NCBI GenBank assembly: GCA_964658305.1
Contig: OZ210884.1
Span: forward strand, 6,138,001-6,202,000
From: Leptogorgia sarmentosa
Lineage: Eukaryota
Length of the DNA stretch: 64,000 nucleotides
Direction of reading: 5' to 3'
The notes beneath the pieces were generated by a model. It was not told the DNA's origin. It worked only from the letters and a program-made list of their open reading frames with translations, and did no database searches. Made by a program: the position numbers and the translations under genes. Shown one piece after another: positions 18,401 to 31,925 of this stretch; within the stretch, counting starts at the first letter, position 1, and each line of letters begins with the position of its first letter.

Positions 18401-20306
18401 CAATTACCAGATATGCAAGTTATTGACCTTTACCAGCATGGATTGTGTTCAAACCATATCAGTAAAACCACGTACCCACTAAATTACCTCTACGGTAGAA
18501 TGTTTATAGCTCTAATACAATTCTCTCTTATCTACTGGATAAACTTTCAATTATTTTATATGTAAATAAAACAACTACTGATGTCATTTTATAATCTATA
18601 CAATCATAGAATCGTAGTATTATCTTAGTTTAACAATGAAAAATAACAAAAGTTTCACCTGTAAATGCGTACACCATTACTAATCACCATGCAGACCTTC
18701 ACCTTGATATGTTTTGCCTTTTCCTCTTTTCATTTTTTTTGTATCTCATATTTTCTCACATCACAGCACATTTAGCATCATCACCACCTCTATTCCTTTA
18801 ACATTTCTTTATTTCCAATCTCTCTCGTCTCCATTTTCACACTTCTTTTTCATCTTTATCTTCATTTTCTTCTTCCTGTGCACTTGTTCATTCCTCACTT
18901 TTACATCTTCTTTTCTTAATTTTCAAATCTTCATTTTCTTTTCTTTTCTTTATTCTGTTGTCCACAATTTAAAGATTTCGAAAATATTGATCTCGCGTGA
19001 GCCATTATGAAAAATACAGCTGAAGTCTAATTAAACTACAATATATAGACTTGAAAGTTGAAACTTGTGGAAAACCAAAAAATTAGGGACTTTAGGGAAC
19101 ATTACATTTGACGTGAACAACTATACCGATAGCTCAAGAGATTTTGTAATTGGATTTTCTGAAAATTTGTTTCTGGAAACTGTGAAACTCGAAACTGAGA
19201 AATTAATAAGAAAATTTATGTACAAATAAGATGTAGCGATTTCTGAATCATTAATGTTTTCCTGCGGTGAATGACTGCTGTGTCAGTTTACATGGAAAAA
19301 TGCAAGACATGCTTCGATATAATTATACCGCGAATATACGCTGCACTAAAATAACATTAAGTATGTTTCTTGGGATTAATGGGAAATTAGAAGTTTTATG
19401 CTTGCCAGAGGTTACTTTTATTTTTTATACCACTGCACAAACTAATTAACGGGTTTTTTCTTTACCTCAAAATCTCTAAAATTCAAATGTTTTCTAATAT
19501 TGCAGACATTCAATCTTCTCAGGGCAAAATCTAGCTAATCCGAGTCTCAACCTGTGCAACAAAAAGTGTGACTTCAAATAGCCTTGGATGGCATAAAGTC
19601 TAATTTTGGGGGATTTGCTTGACAGCATAACACGCCTTGTTGGAATTCTTTGCGGCACAAGATAATTGAAGACCATGTTTTGTACTAATGAATTAAATAC
19701 ACAATCAATATAGGCAATTGTTCTAAACAATATATTCATCTACACCTCCCAGCAGTGAGCAGCTGGCTACATCGTGCGGCCATGTGTATGAACAAACGAA
19801 CATTAAACAAACTAAGTCTTTTTATTTTTACAACAGGATGTTTCAAATTATATTGGACCTACGTACAAAACAGCAGCAAATAATTATAGTTGCATAAAGC
19901 CAGCATGTAGTAACTGTGCATAGGGGATGTTCTAAAAAAATAACATCTGTATGAACTGATTAAATTTGAGGTATGTAACTCACCACACAAATCATTTCTT
20001 GAGAAAAGTTTCTCTTTTACCATTTGCAGAACTAATTTCTATTAATTGTTTCTGCGAAATTTGCTTAATTGTATTTGGTGGCTATATGAATAACTTTTAC
20101 ATGCAAACTTTACTGTCATAGACTATATTATATCTCATTCTGTCTGAATGATGACTTTACAAAATGACTTTATTTTTCGGAATTTGTTTCTTTTTATATT
20201 TTATTAAATTGTCGTCTTGCCGTGGTTTTTGAGGATATCTTTTATTTTAATATTTTTTGTAATTTTTAAAAAATGTTACAGCAAAACGCCGATCTATAAA
20301 TATTAA

Positions 20307-20519
20307 CGCCATTTACACTGTACAACTTTTGTTTACAACTGTCGCATTTAAATTCCCTTACAACTCGAATTGCACAATGTAAATTAACCCTACAACTTGC
20401 TACGACAGTTCGATACAACACGAAAAAAGTTGTAGCTTTTTAAATAAAGCCTAGGACAAACGTGAGCGACAATTGCATGCGGCAGATGTAAGCAAAAGTT
20501 GTATAATGTAAACTGGCCT
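20307..20519. mobile_element. MITE, PIF/Harbinger-like
   Basis: Imperfect terminal inverted repeats gccatttacactgtacaacttttgtttaca / tgtaagcaaaagttgtataatgtaaactggc, with TAA/TTA flanks. Confidence 0.6.
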
Positions 20520-23500
20520 TTAATAATAGGTAATCAGTGAGCCAAGATCAACAATCGAAATAACAAACAGGGCCTAACTCCTAAGCATGTCCTAAGTTGA
20601 GGGAACGGTACATTTGAAAGATGTATTCTACATAGTATAATTGTACGAATGTCTTGGACCAATTAGACAGTTTACTAAAATTATGTGTGAAACGCACAAC
20701 CGGTTTGTTGCAGCCAGTGGAGACAACTCGTGAGGAATGCCGTGTTCGTGCCAAACTGAAACAAATCATGTTGGCTTCTCTGGGTTGTCGAAGATTGTCG
20801 ACTAATTAAGGTACGGCTTTAATAGGGCTTTTTTTTAAATCCAGGATTTTTTTGGGGGTGGGGGGACCCTGAAGCTGAACATTGGCCGCTTGTAAAATAT
20901 GAAACGCGAAATTGCGCGGTTATTGAGTTTTCCAATGCAATTTAGCCAAACTGAATTTTGAATCTATGTAATCCCTGATTGATAAAGATAAAGCGAAGAC
21001 TGGCGACGTGGCAGCCACAGGTAGTCATCGACTGCCTGGCAGGTAGTGCAATATCGATATCAATAAACGTTTTGTGAGTTTTGCCCGTATTGCAGTTGAT
21101 TATTAGGATTCTTATGGATAGATGTGGTTAACTGATGCGAAGTGCCAACGCGAAGGATCAGGTTTCTTCTTCAGTGGTTTGGGAGGAGAAAGGAAGTAGC
21201 TGTCGCTGCTTGCGAATGTGCTTTCTGCTCGATTTCTAGGAAAGAATTTGAATAATTACAGTTTCAATTATAGTTTAAAGTCTGGACGTAACTGTCGTGC
21301 ATATATGGGTTGCTAGAATTTCTTAGGAAAGGTATGAAGTTTTATATTTTGCAAATACCATTGATGGACTGACACGAAAGTTATGAACACAAGGATCTCA
21401 TTGTCAACAAACGTACCAATTTAATCATAGGCAGCGTAAAAATAAGCAACAGTAAATTCAACCATATTGCTGGTGCATGTAATATGTCGCTGCCACAGTG
21501 GATGAATTTAACCAATGTAGTTTTCTTGTTTACAATCTGAATTTCACCCAAAATGGCGAATATCTCTTAGTTATAAATATGAAATATCTGGTAATAAATC
21601 TAAAAAAACTTCTGTGACTGTCTGGACCTATGAATTATGTCCTTTTCTTTATTGATTTGTTCAGTCAACCAGTTGTAAAGCACCCAATGACCGGCTAACT
21701 GATTATCAACGAGCAAATGTTCTACTTAAATACCGAAATGACACAAACAGATTTCATGTTTTGAGCAAAGGTCTTTTATCTGGTGTTAATCTGGAGTTTG
21801 ACCGTCCAATTCCCAACAAAGGGACACCAGTCAGCAAGTGGAACTTTGTTGCTTGGTGATGTTATTATTCAACGGCACACTTTGTTGCCTGAGGGGGGAT
21901 TGTCCCACTCCCCCTCTCGGTCCCCAGGTTTAGATTAAATTGAGTCTTTGAAATGATATTTCTGACAATCTTTGAATGTTGAAAATCTTTTGGCTCACCA
22001 CCAACCATGGTGGTACCTCATGAGATTCTGGTTCCTACTACTGGGGCATTTTCCACATGTTCCTTCATCCCTCCTGGAGTACTCACCCCAGGACAGCCAG
22101 AAACTGCCCCCCCCCCCACTTTTGCGAAGGGATTTTCACCCCTGTTGTTATCTGCTACTTACACTGGCCACATCTGGAAAATTGTTATCATTGAGTGGCT
22201 ACCCGGTTTTCTTGAGTGAAATTGTGCAATAATATAATGTAATATATAGTGTAGTAAAATATCAGTTAGCTCATTTCAGTATTATTTATTGTATATATTT
22301 TGTTTCTCGCTTAGATTATCCAGCAAGTCGAATTTATATTGTACTTCCAACAAAGCGTGCAGGTTCAAGCAAGAAAGAAATTATTCATTTATTGAATGCA
22401 CTGCTTTAAAGCAAAAGATACATTGACTCAAATTTGTAACAATAATTGATTTCAATATATCACAGTTTTGTGATACCAGCTTATTGAATATCTTTTAATT
22501 TCCTGCATTTATTGTTGTATTTTGGTACTCTTCCTGAGAGATGGTTAATTAAGGTATTTTTTACTTACTTACTCAACATTATTAGTTATATTTCTGCCTT
22601 TCTGCCATTTTCACCCAAAATTTATGTTCTCTGTTTTGCCAAATAAGTCAGTTCGACCATAGGTAGGCATTAAAATAGCGTGTCCATACACATTTTGTGT
22701 GCTCGCAAAATAATGTGCATAAATGTTTAATAAAATTTCAATTTGAGAATGTGAAACAATATTCTAATGAGGCTATTTCAGTTACTCTGAAATACAATTT
22801 CAGAACGACATCACAAATAGAAACAGTATACAAATAATGAATATTTATGAGTGCAATGGTAATAAAGAATATTTTCATGAGGTGAAATGAAAATATTCTT
22901 TCCATTGCACGAAATAAACATTCATTATTTGTTTTATATGACACCGAAATAAATCATTGACACGAAATACCCGCCATTTTGTTTTGTTAGTTTACTAAAT
23001 AAAATACGTGATCGTAAATAACCAATTAAATCGCGTTAATTTAACAAAGTGTTATATAATATTCATTAACGTATTAACCACTATTAAATTTTCTGCAAAT
23101 TATTTTTTACATACTCAGATTTTATAGCGACTTTTTAATGCCTGTTAGCCCATATAGGGCCCCATTGGCCACGGCCAACCGGACAAAAAGAAAGGAAACG
23201 GTATATTCTATTGAAAACATGTAAAAACTATAAGGAAAAATAAAATAAGGATAAATGTAACAGGCAGCTGTATAGGGTTACAGTAAATACAGCTTCCGAA
23301 CTAATCATGAAAAATTCCAGGCTTCAGCAGTCAGCACTCTTCGATCAGTCAAACCATGACAACAGTCAACTCCCCCCCCCTCCCCCCCCCTCCCCCCCCC
23401 CCCCCCCCCTACACACACCAAATATGCCTAGGAGCCCTATCTTCTCCCGCTACGCCACTGCGTAATTGACGCCATTTTTGACAGGCCAGGGGCTATGCAC

Positions 23501-23769
23501 GTGTCCATTATTGTCCTGTCATGGGTTTTAATTTTGAGTTGATAACTCTTAACTGTATCGATGTTGGCCTGTGCTTAAGAATCCCCAGCAAAACTGATCT
23601 TCGATTCGGCTGGATAGACCTTACTGGAAATAAAAGCAATGTGAAAAAGTATTAAGCATAGTTTAAATTGTTCATTAAGGCTTTTGATCAAGACATGATA
23701 AACGGCATAATTCTTTTTTTCTAGATTAAAAATGAAGTGAAAAACGACTTATATACAGTGGCCTACACA

Positions 23770-26700
23770 ATGGCTATGAAACCATTTTCCAAAGAACAGT
23801 TAAATTTCTTCAGGTTTTCCACACTTGTTCTCGATGAGTTTCCCAAAGTCTTGCGTCAACTATTTATCATCATGTGGGACAGTAAAGTTTCGATGAAACC
23901 AGGATTCATTCCCTGGGATGATAGCATTACAGTACGAAACTTGCTTCTCACATCTGAAGGAAAAACTGATATACCAACAGGGAAATCAATTGAAGAATGG
24001 GATTGTACCGCTTTGTTTAAAGCTACAATTTATGCCAAAACATTTGGCGCTCCGAGTAGCAAGGGTTCAACATTGAACGATTTATATTTGAAGAAAGTGA
24101 AGCCAGCTCCAGGTTCTTTTCATTCATCTGTTCAAAGTGCAACGGGAAATAAAGACGAGACTTTCGCCTTGGTAATTGATCAATTACGGTTGTTAAGGAA
24201 CACATTTTGTCATTCAGCTGACGCAGAAATAACAAAAGCTGATTTTGATCATTATGTAAAATTAGTGCAGAACGCCTTGACAGCAGTTAAACTTGATACC
24301 TCTTTTGTCGATGTTATTGGCAAGATGAACGAGGATGATTTCCCCACGGAGAAAGTTCAGGAATTTCAAGAATGTCGTATTAAGGAGTTACAAAGCAACA
24401 GCAAGTTTCAGGAGAGTATTTTATCCTCCATTGAACAGCAAACAGAAAAAATAGAGAAAATAGAGAATATGGAGAAGAAATTGTTAGAAAAAGTGGAGAG
24501 TTTGGGAAATAAAGCAGTATCAGGTAAACTGATAATTAATTTTAGGAAATTCACTATACACATCCATACAGTATACAATGTCAAAGCGCTGCCCGAATGG
24601 ACAATTTTCTCTTTACGTGCAAACATTTGATCCAAACGATAAAGCCTTGTGATTGCATGTTAATGTTAATTTGCATTTGTTGAACAGAATGCTTTGTGTG
24701 GTGCAAGGTCTTTCAAGTATTCATAAAAATAGCCTGAACACATTTTCTACCAGGGAATTTGCGGTTGCGTTGTACCATTCTAAAATAAGGAACATCACGA
24801 TGAGATCATCACTAATCTAAAAAATCTCGAGGGAAGAAAAAAGAAAGGAACTATGTTTTCTTTAATACGTACTGACTGCCAATGAAATTCGAACAAAAGA
24901 ATAGAAGGCTCATTTTCAAGTAACAAATTTTATTAAATTGTAATGACGTTTCAGAGTTTATTCTATCATCAGGTTACAAATTGAGTTATCTACTCTAACT
25001 AAGCATTGAACCTCCGGTCGCGTGCTCCAAAACGTCGTTACAATTTAATAAAATTTGTTGCCCGAAAAATAAGCCTTCTGCATGATCATTAATAATATAT
25101 TATGAATATATTACTGTGTTGAATTATGAATATATTACTGTATGCTATTACTGTGTGCGACAGCGGGTTTAGGAAGTTGTAATTGTTACATGGTCGCACC
25201 CATTACATGTCAATACATAACGCCCATTTCACTTGTGATAAGATGATGATGATTGTGAAATGGGAAAAAATATATAAATTAATATCGTATTTTCAACCCT
25301 AGATACATTACCCAAATCGCATATTCCAAGGCGTGATGCAATGTTTACGGGCAGAGAAGATGAAATAAAAGAAGTCACAAACCTCGTTACTGATGAATCA
25401 ACTCGAATCATAAATATTTGGGGATCTCCTGGATTTGGCAAAACATCGACAGCTGTTGAAGTAGCACACCACCTTGATGGGTCTCTCGGGTACCGTGTTT
25501 ATTTCTTTAAATTACATTGTATTAACACAGTAGATAAATTTCTCTCAAAAATTTTGAGTATTTTTAAGAGTAACGTAGTAGACCCTACAATATTGCATTT
25601 AGACAAGGTTATCGGTATTTTTCGTGAAATTTCGGCTCCAGTTGTTCTCGTATTTGACAATATTGATGATCTCCTATCGGGAGGAACCAGTTGCACTGAT
25701 TTTCGTAATTTACTGGATGAATTTTCTGAGAGTAACGATTTCATTAAAATACTTTTCACAACAAGGGGGCTTTTACAAACAACTCGCGGTCAAGTGGAAG
25801 GATTTAGGGAATTTAGAATTCGGTCCCTGAGTTTGGCTTCGTCTTTAAAATTTGTGCGCCAGCTTCTTCCTTCATTTTCTGAATGCGTTGTTGATAGGGT
25901 GGTTAGAATTTCATTCCATGTTCCTCTGGCAATAAAAATCGTCGCGTCTTCGTTAGTTGAAAACTCTGAAGATCTTGCGAATGAAATACTTGATGAATTC
26001 AATTTTTCCGAAAGTCTTTTAGAGCAGATTGACGATCATGCATTTGGTGAGGAAAAGATGAAAACAATATTCGAGTCTCTTTTCGAGCGGTTAGCGTTAA
26101 GTGAAAAAAAGGCGTTTATTATTCTTACCGCTTTTGCTTCTGCTATGATAAGCAAAGATGCCGCGGTAGATATCATTTCCAAAGAAATGGGGAGTAAATC
26201 AAAAGCAGTACACAGCCTTAACTCACTTGTCAAGAAGGCATTTGTTGATAAAGATGTCAAAACAGAATATTTCTCTGTTCATCCTCTCATTTATTCTTTT
26301 GCCATAAATGTAGCAAAACACCGTGATTTCGAAGATGTCCTAAGTTCATCCCGAATGCATTTTTGTGAGTACTACTTGCACGTTTTTGAAAGATTAAACG
26401 ACAATTTCCTTGCTGGAAAGTCCATCGATAGTCCTCAACTGGAGGATACAATACAGCATCTGCAAAACGCCATCTTGCAATCGCTAACGTATGGTTACGA
26501 AAATTCCACCAACGTTTCTCGCATATTATCAGCAGTTTGTGGCATATTATCTAAGTCTGAAACATTTCTGTTCTCAATGATTATTCCCGGCAGTGCGTTT
26601 GACGAAATTCCTAAAATATACGACTTAGCAATAGAGAAATCTGAAACCAATAGTTTAAGTTACTTGAAACTCCATGTCAGTAAGTATTTTCAAAATATTG

Positions 26701-28853
26701 CCTTTTCCTTTTTTGTCAAATGTGAACATGCAGTAGATATACCCAAGTCTATCCGGGAGAATATCAACCTATTGTCTGACGGTACAGCAGCAAAATTATC
26801 CTGCTACCAAGCTATTTTTGATATTTCCTCCGGCTATGTGGAAAGGGGTGTAGTGCTAATTGAAAAATGCCTTAGTGGTTTGCAAAAATACCCGGATCAG
26901 TTACTTTTAAAGTGCATGTGTTTGCAGATTCTTATGATTTATAATCGTATTTCAAATCAAGTGGAAAGGTCGCTCGAATTTAGGGAAATGGCTTTCGACG
27001 CTTGTGCCGAAATTGGCAATCCCAATTTGTTTTTGACTGACGATTGTGATCATAAAGCGGATGAAGTGGGCGAATCTTTAATTTTGTTCAATTATCTCTT
27101 CTTCATTTGGTCAAAAGAATTTTTGCCGGCAGAGGTAAAACGTCATCTTTGTCACTCTGTTTATAAAATCCAGCAACAAAAAGAGGCTAAAGTGTGTTGT
27201 TCACCCGATTATTTCAACTCGATTATTCTTTATGGTGATTATCTTGTAACATTTCTCAGTGACAAACCTGAACAGGACGTTATTCTAAATAAACGAATAC
27301 AGGGTCTTATTGACGTTAAAGGTGATGCGGCTTCAGATATGTCACAACAAAATACGAAAATGAGAGCGTATTTGAGCGGACGTTTGCTATTTTCCCATGA
27401 TTTGAAAATTGCGATAACAAATGACAAAGAGCAAAACATCGAAGCGTGTCGTAATGCACTTGATAGTTCCATTCAACATTTTGGTGAACGACATCAACGT
27501 ACCGCTAAGTGTTACTACAACATTGGCTTGGCTCAATATAATCTTGAGAATTACACTTCTGCTCTTGATTCATTTGATCATGCCCTTAATATATTGTTGG
27601 GAATGAGCCAAGAACCTGACGTCTTCAACATTTTGAGCGACTTGTATCTTGAGAAAGGGAAGACTTGTGAAGGATTAGGTGATTTTGAGCAAGCTTTTTT
27701 GTGCTATGAAGAAGCACTTACTTTACAGAAATCAAACACTGATAATGAAGAAAGCGAAAAGATTGCCGCAATTTTATTTTCAAAAGGATCCTTGCAATAC
27801 GGGCGCCGAGATTTTACTGCAGCTCTTGCAACCCTGAAACACGCCCTGCGCATAAGGGTTAACCTGTTTTCTGAAAAGCGGTGTTCCTACATGGATTTAG
27901 TGTCCTCGTACCTTTCTGTAGGAAACTCGTATTATTTCATGGGAGACAACACTGAAAGAGAAAGTTATTTTGAAAATGCACTAAAAATTTTAAAATCAAG
28001 TATAGATGGTAAATATGAAAGTGAAAAATTCATCATCGAAAAGTGTGTCGTTTATATGCAGATTTTACACTGGAAGGTAGATCCAAACTTGAGTACAGAA
28101 TTTTTGGACCGTTGTATACCTTTGGTCAAGAAACATGCAAGCTGTTTACTACCTATCCTGTATATGACAGTTGGTTTTAACCAGCTTGAATCAGGAAAGA
28201 CGAAGGCTGGGTTAACGTTTATTCAAAACGCCCTTGACTTAGGTTTAGACCCTATTCAACAGGCACATGCTCTTATTCGAGGAATGACCGTTTATAGCTA
28301 CAGTAAAGTAGTTTTACCTACAATTAAAATGAAAGAGTATAAACTGGCGAAGAAAATTATTGACCGAGCTCTTCATATAGCAGAATCAGTGCCAGAACCT
28401 GAAAAACCACGCGTTATGTTAAACTGTTATTTCCTTAGGGGCTGCTTTTACACTAATACGCAAAATTATAGTTCAGCCATTAAGTCACTTCGGACTGCAC
28501 TTCTGCATCTTTCCGAAGATTCTTCTGATTCCGAATGTGCTATTCGCTGGAATATTGCCATTGCGCATGACTGTCAAGGTTCTTACAAAGATGCGCTACA
28601 TGAGTTGTTTTTCATTATAAAAAATGGTTTAGTTGAAGGAAGTGAAAAAGAAGGTGACACGTATTGTTTGATTGCAAATATTTCAAGGAAATTGAAAAAA
28701 AGCAGTTTGGTGGCACAAAATCTGCAGTTGGCATACAACATGTATCTAAAAGTTTTAGGAAAAGATCATCCTAAGACACGACAATGTTTAGTGGCATTAT
28801 TGTTTGACGAACAATTCAGTCAATACTTGCATGGAGAATTTGCTCCTGGGTAG
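23770..28853 (+). CDS. NLR-like protein: DZIP3-type HEPN domain, coiled coil, NB-ARC-like STAND NTPase, TPR repeats (two coding exons, ~1434 aa)
   Basis: Exon 23770-24523 (donor G|GTAAAC) joins in frame (phase 1) to exon 25303-28853 (acceptor ttttcaaccctAG), giving ..KAVS-D-TLPKSHIPRRDAMFTGREDE... Motifs: HEPN IDQLRLLRNTFCH; Walker A GSPGFGKT; Walker B VLVFDNIDD; sensor ILFTTR; HVPLAI (GxPLA-like); SVHPLI (MHD-like); TPRs such as TAKCYYNIGLAQYNLENYTSALDSFDHAL and KVLGKDHPKT. An acceptor at 23724 suggests a further upstream exon. Confidence 0.85.
24903..25079. mobile_element. Inverted-repeat remnant resembling Penelope-like element ends, inside the NLR-gene intron
   Basis: ~55-bp imperfect inverted arms agaaggct..aacaaattttattaaattgtaatgacgtt / aacgtcgttacaatttaataaaatttgtt..aagccttct. 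The minus strand carries CTGATGA..GAAACGTC. Confidence 0.55.
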
Positions 28854-30414
28854 AGATTGTTATTACGATGGGTAGAGATTGTTACATATTTCGTGTATAT
28901 GTATATGGATGAATTCTTGGTGCAGCTTGGCGAAATGCAGTCTGCGTTTGGCTTATTTGAGATTTCTTTATTATTTGCCGAGGAACAAGGGACAGAAACT
29001 ATAACCATTCTTTCCAGATCAATTATTAATTCGATGATTTGAAACTTGATTTTTAATATTTCCGGCAGCTGAAAAAGCTCGCGTATTTTTTGAAATGATT
29101 TGAGATGCATTTTTTCGAGTGGCATTAAGGTTTAGAAATTTTTACGACTGCTTGACCGCAGCTGGAATTGAACCCGCAACCTTTATTTCGGCGCAAATAT
29201 TGTACAAATTGAAACTGATTGCGAAAAGTTGTATTCTATATAGCTTTGGCGGCCGAGGCATTCCATTTATTATGATTATTTCATCATTTACTCTCAAGAT
29301 GATGATGTACTACAACTGTACGAAGTAATTAATTCAACAACCATACATAGGCGGACGAAATGTAGTTGAAATTTCAAAATTTGAGTTTTGTCAACATTGT
29401 GATTTACAGGCAATATTGCTTTCCGGCTATTTGACATGGCAAAATTAAAACCTCTTCGTTATAGTTGTATTATGTCATATAAGGTGAAGGGTCCGCGCGC
29501 ATTAATTGGTTCAACTATTTCAATTCCCCCCCCCCCCTTTTTCTTTACTTTATAAAAAAATTATCTCAACAAGTTTAAATCGATTTCAAAAAGTTTCAAT
29601 TCGAAAAAGATGCCAGTCGTGTAAGAGCAATCCCATCTTCTTTAAGCCTTACGTTCGCTTGTACCAGCGATGTACGTAGCAAACGAATTTGAATGAAAAA
29701 TCAGTAAAAAAATTTTCAACTCATGCAAAATATTCAACTTCAGTATTAATATTGCGTTTTACTTAATGGAACAAATTGTACGAAGAATGGATAGTGCTAT
29801 CCAATGAACATAGTGATTTTTTGAAAATATTCAAAACATGAATTACATATTAAGAAGAAATATTTTTTCTCAGTAAAAATATGCCTCGTATTAATGAATA
29901 AAAAATAATTTTGCTAAAAATTTGGAAGAGAGATGAGCGCAATCCACTCTTTGTACAACTGGTCCATGGTGTTTGTATTACGAGTGCATGGGGGGCATGC
30001 ATAGCAGCAATGCGTGATATAAGTCAATTTGCATGTTTATAAGTTTTTATCCAATTCTGAAACACTTCGCACAGAAAGAAGTCTGAGATCTGACATCGCT
30101 CTTGTATATAAGAATGTTTTGCACATGGTGAATTTATTCGATCCGAACGAAGCCCGAAACGAAATTTTGGGTGAAAACGTTTGCCACAAAAGTTGGAAGC
30201 GTTCTGACTTTTTTTTAGTCTATTTTCGCGTGCACAGATTTCGGATGGATAAATTAATCTAGTGGAAAACGTGCTATAGTATAAGTATGAAAGAGACCCC
30301 TAATGCACGTCCTCACAAGTAAAGTGATTTCTTTTTCAATATACGTCGTACAATACATACCATTCTATGCTAAGTGTGATAACTTTGATCTAAAGAATGA
30401 GTAACCACCTCCTA

Positions 30415-30572
30415 AGTGGCCGCAGAAGATCGATAATTGGGGGACTAATATCCATATCCGTGCATCGCATATTAATTTCCTTTGAAACCAATTGTTTTCA
30501 TGGTCTTTGAACACGAATATATTGAATATCATCCCCCCCCCCCCCCCCCAATTATCGAAATCTCGCGGCCAC
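30415..30572. mobile_element. MITE with terminal inverted repeats (hAT-like)
   Basis: gtggccgc..tcgataattggggg / cccccaattatcga..gcggccac; no clean target-site duplication. Confidence 0.5.
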
Positions 30573-30893
30573 TACTCCTCCAAAAATATAAAAAAATCCA
30601 ACATTTCTGACTGAACCGTCGCCATTGGAAAACCTGAACCATTTCTTTAAATATTCATTGATTTTCCAGAGAGTTTTCATGTTTTTGAATTAATATATAC
30701 AGTTGCTTTAGCAATTATATTATTTCTCAAAGTAAAATAATTATTCAAGTGGTTCACATTTTCCAATTATCTTCTGTAAACCAGCTGATTTATTGCTATA
30801 ACAAATTTTAAAGATAATATTTTCCGTGTGCGTGCATGTTTAAAAAAACATTGCTGGTAGAAGATAAATGTAAGACGGAACATCCCGAACTAA

Positions 30894-31029
30894 GGCCTGG
30901 TTCACACTAGTCGCAAGAATCGAGGATATTCGTTGTCAGAGGTTTTTGATGCATAAAATGCTTTGCTATTGTCTGTCAGAAGGAAATACAATGGATCACC
31001 GATGAAATGCGACTAGTGTGAACCAGGCT
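30894..31029. mobile_element. MITE, PIF/Harbinger-like
   Basis: Perfect 21-bp inverted repeat gcctggttcacactagtcgca / tgcgactagtgtgaaccaggc, with TAA on both sides. Confidence 0.75.
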
Positions 31030-31925
31030 TAAAGGAGGTGAAATAAAACCACTGAAAACTTTTTCATTCATAAACTATTACATCAGTTGACGTTGTAATA
31101 TATCTTGTGTGAAAATACTGTACCACTCCCTATATTTCACCCGCGGGAAAATAGTAACATCTCATTCTTCCATTTTTCGTTATTACACGTAGCTTAGGTA
31201 GCTACATCATCCGTGCATGAAATATTCAAATGAAATATAAATTCCCTTTCAATTACACGTTAAAATGTATCATAATTATATAGTGACACATCGGGATTGT
31301 GAAGAGAACCATCAATATATATTGAATAACCTAATATATTGAATGATAATCCTGATTCTTGTGAATTATAGAACATAGTTATATTATTGATTTTATTGAT
31401 ATAATTATCAACTTTGAAGACCAAGAGAGACCAACAAACGTATACAAATGATGCTCAACGTAAAGAAGTCCTTAATTTTGTCATTCAGTCACATTTGAGC
31501 CATGTGTATTTGGCTACATACACAGCCAGTACTTCATGTGTATTTTATCAAAAGTCGTTAAATTAAAAGACATCAAACAATAGAATAGTATAGAAAAATA
31601 ACATAATATGATTTTTTTTCAATAATTGTTGTAGTTATGGAGTTTTTGCTGAATATAAAATTAACGCAAATAATGGCTGGCTTTGTTCGTTGTGTTGTAG
31701 TTTTACATTTTACTGGGCAATTTCGGTTTTAAATAAAAAAAGGTACCAATTTAAGTCTAGTTACACTAAACTCAGAAGCTCCTTCTCGACCTACACGATA
31801 TATAGAAAGCTTCACGCATCCCGCCGGAAATATTCTCAGTAGCCAAGAGGTTCCCGTCGCGGAGAGGTTCTTAGCCAAGCGAGAAGAAAAGCGAGAGAGC
31901 TAGTTTTTCCCAGTGAGCTATAGGC

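Noticed and set aside
18660..18960. Purine-rich minus-strand stretch resembling a K/E-rich exon
   Set aside because: Interrupted by stop codons and low complexity; no family can be assigned
21780..22232. GC-richer segment with short ORFs
   Set aside because: No recognisable motif, and stops in the frames examined; possibly a decayed element
29155..29190. B-box-like sequence on the minus strand (aaggttgcgggttcaattccagc)
   Set aside because: No cloverleaf; probably a decayed tRNA-derived SINE
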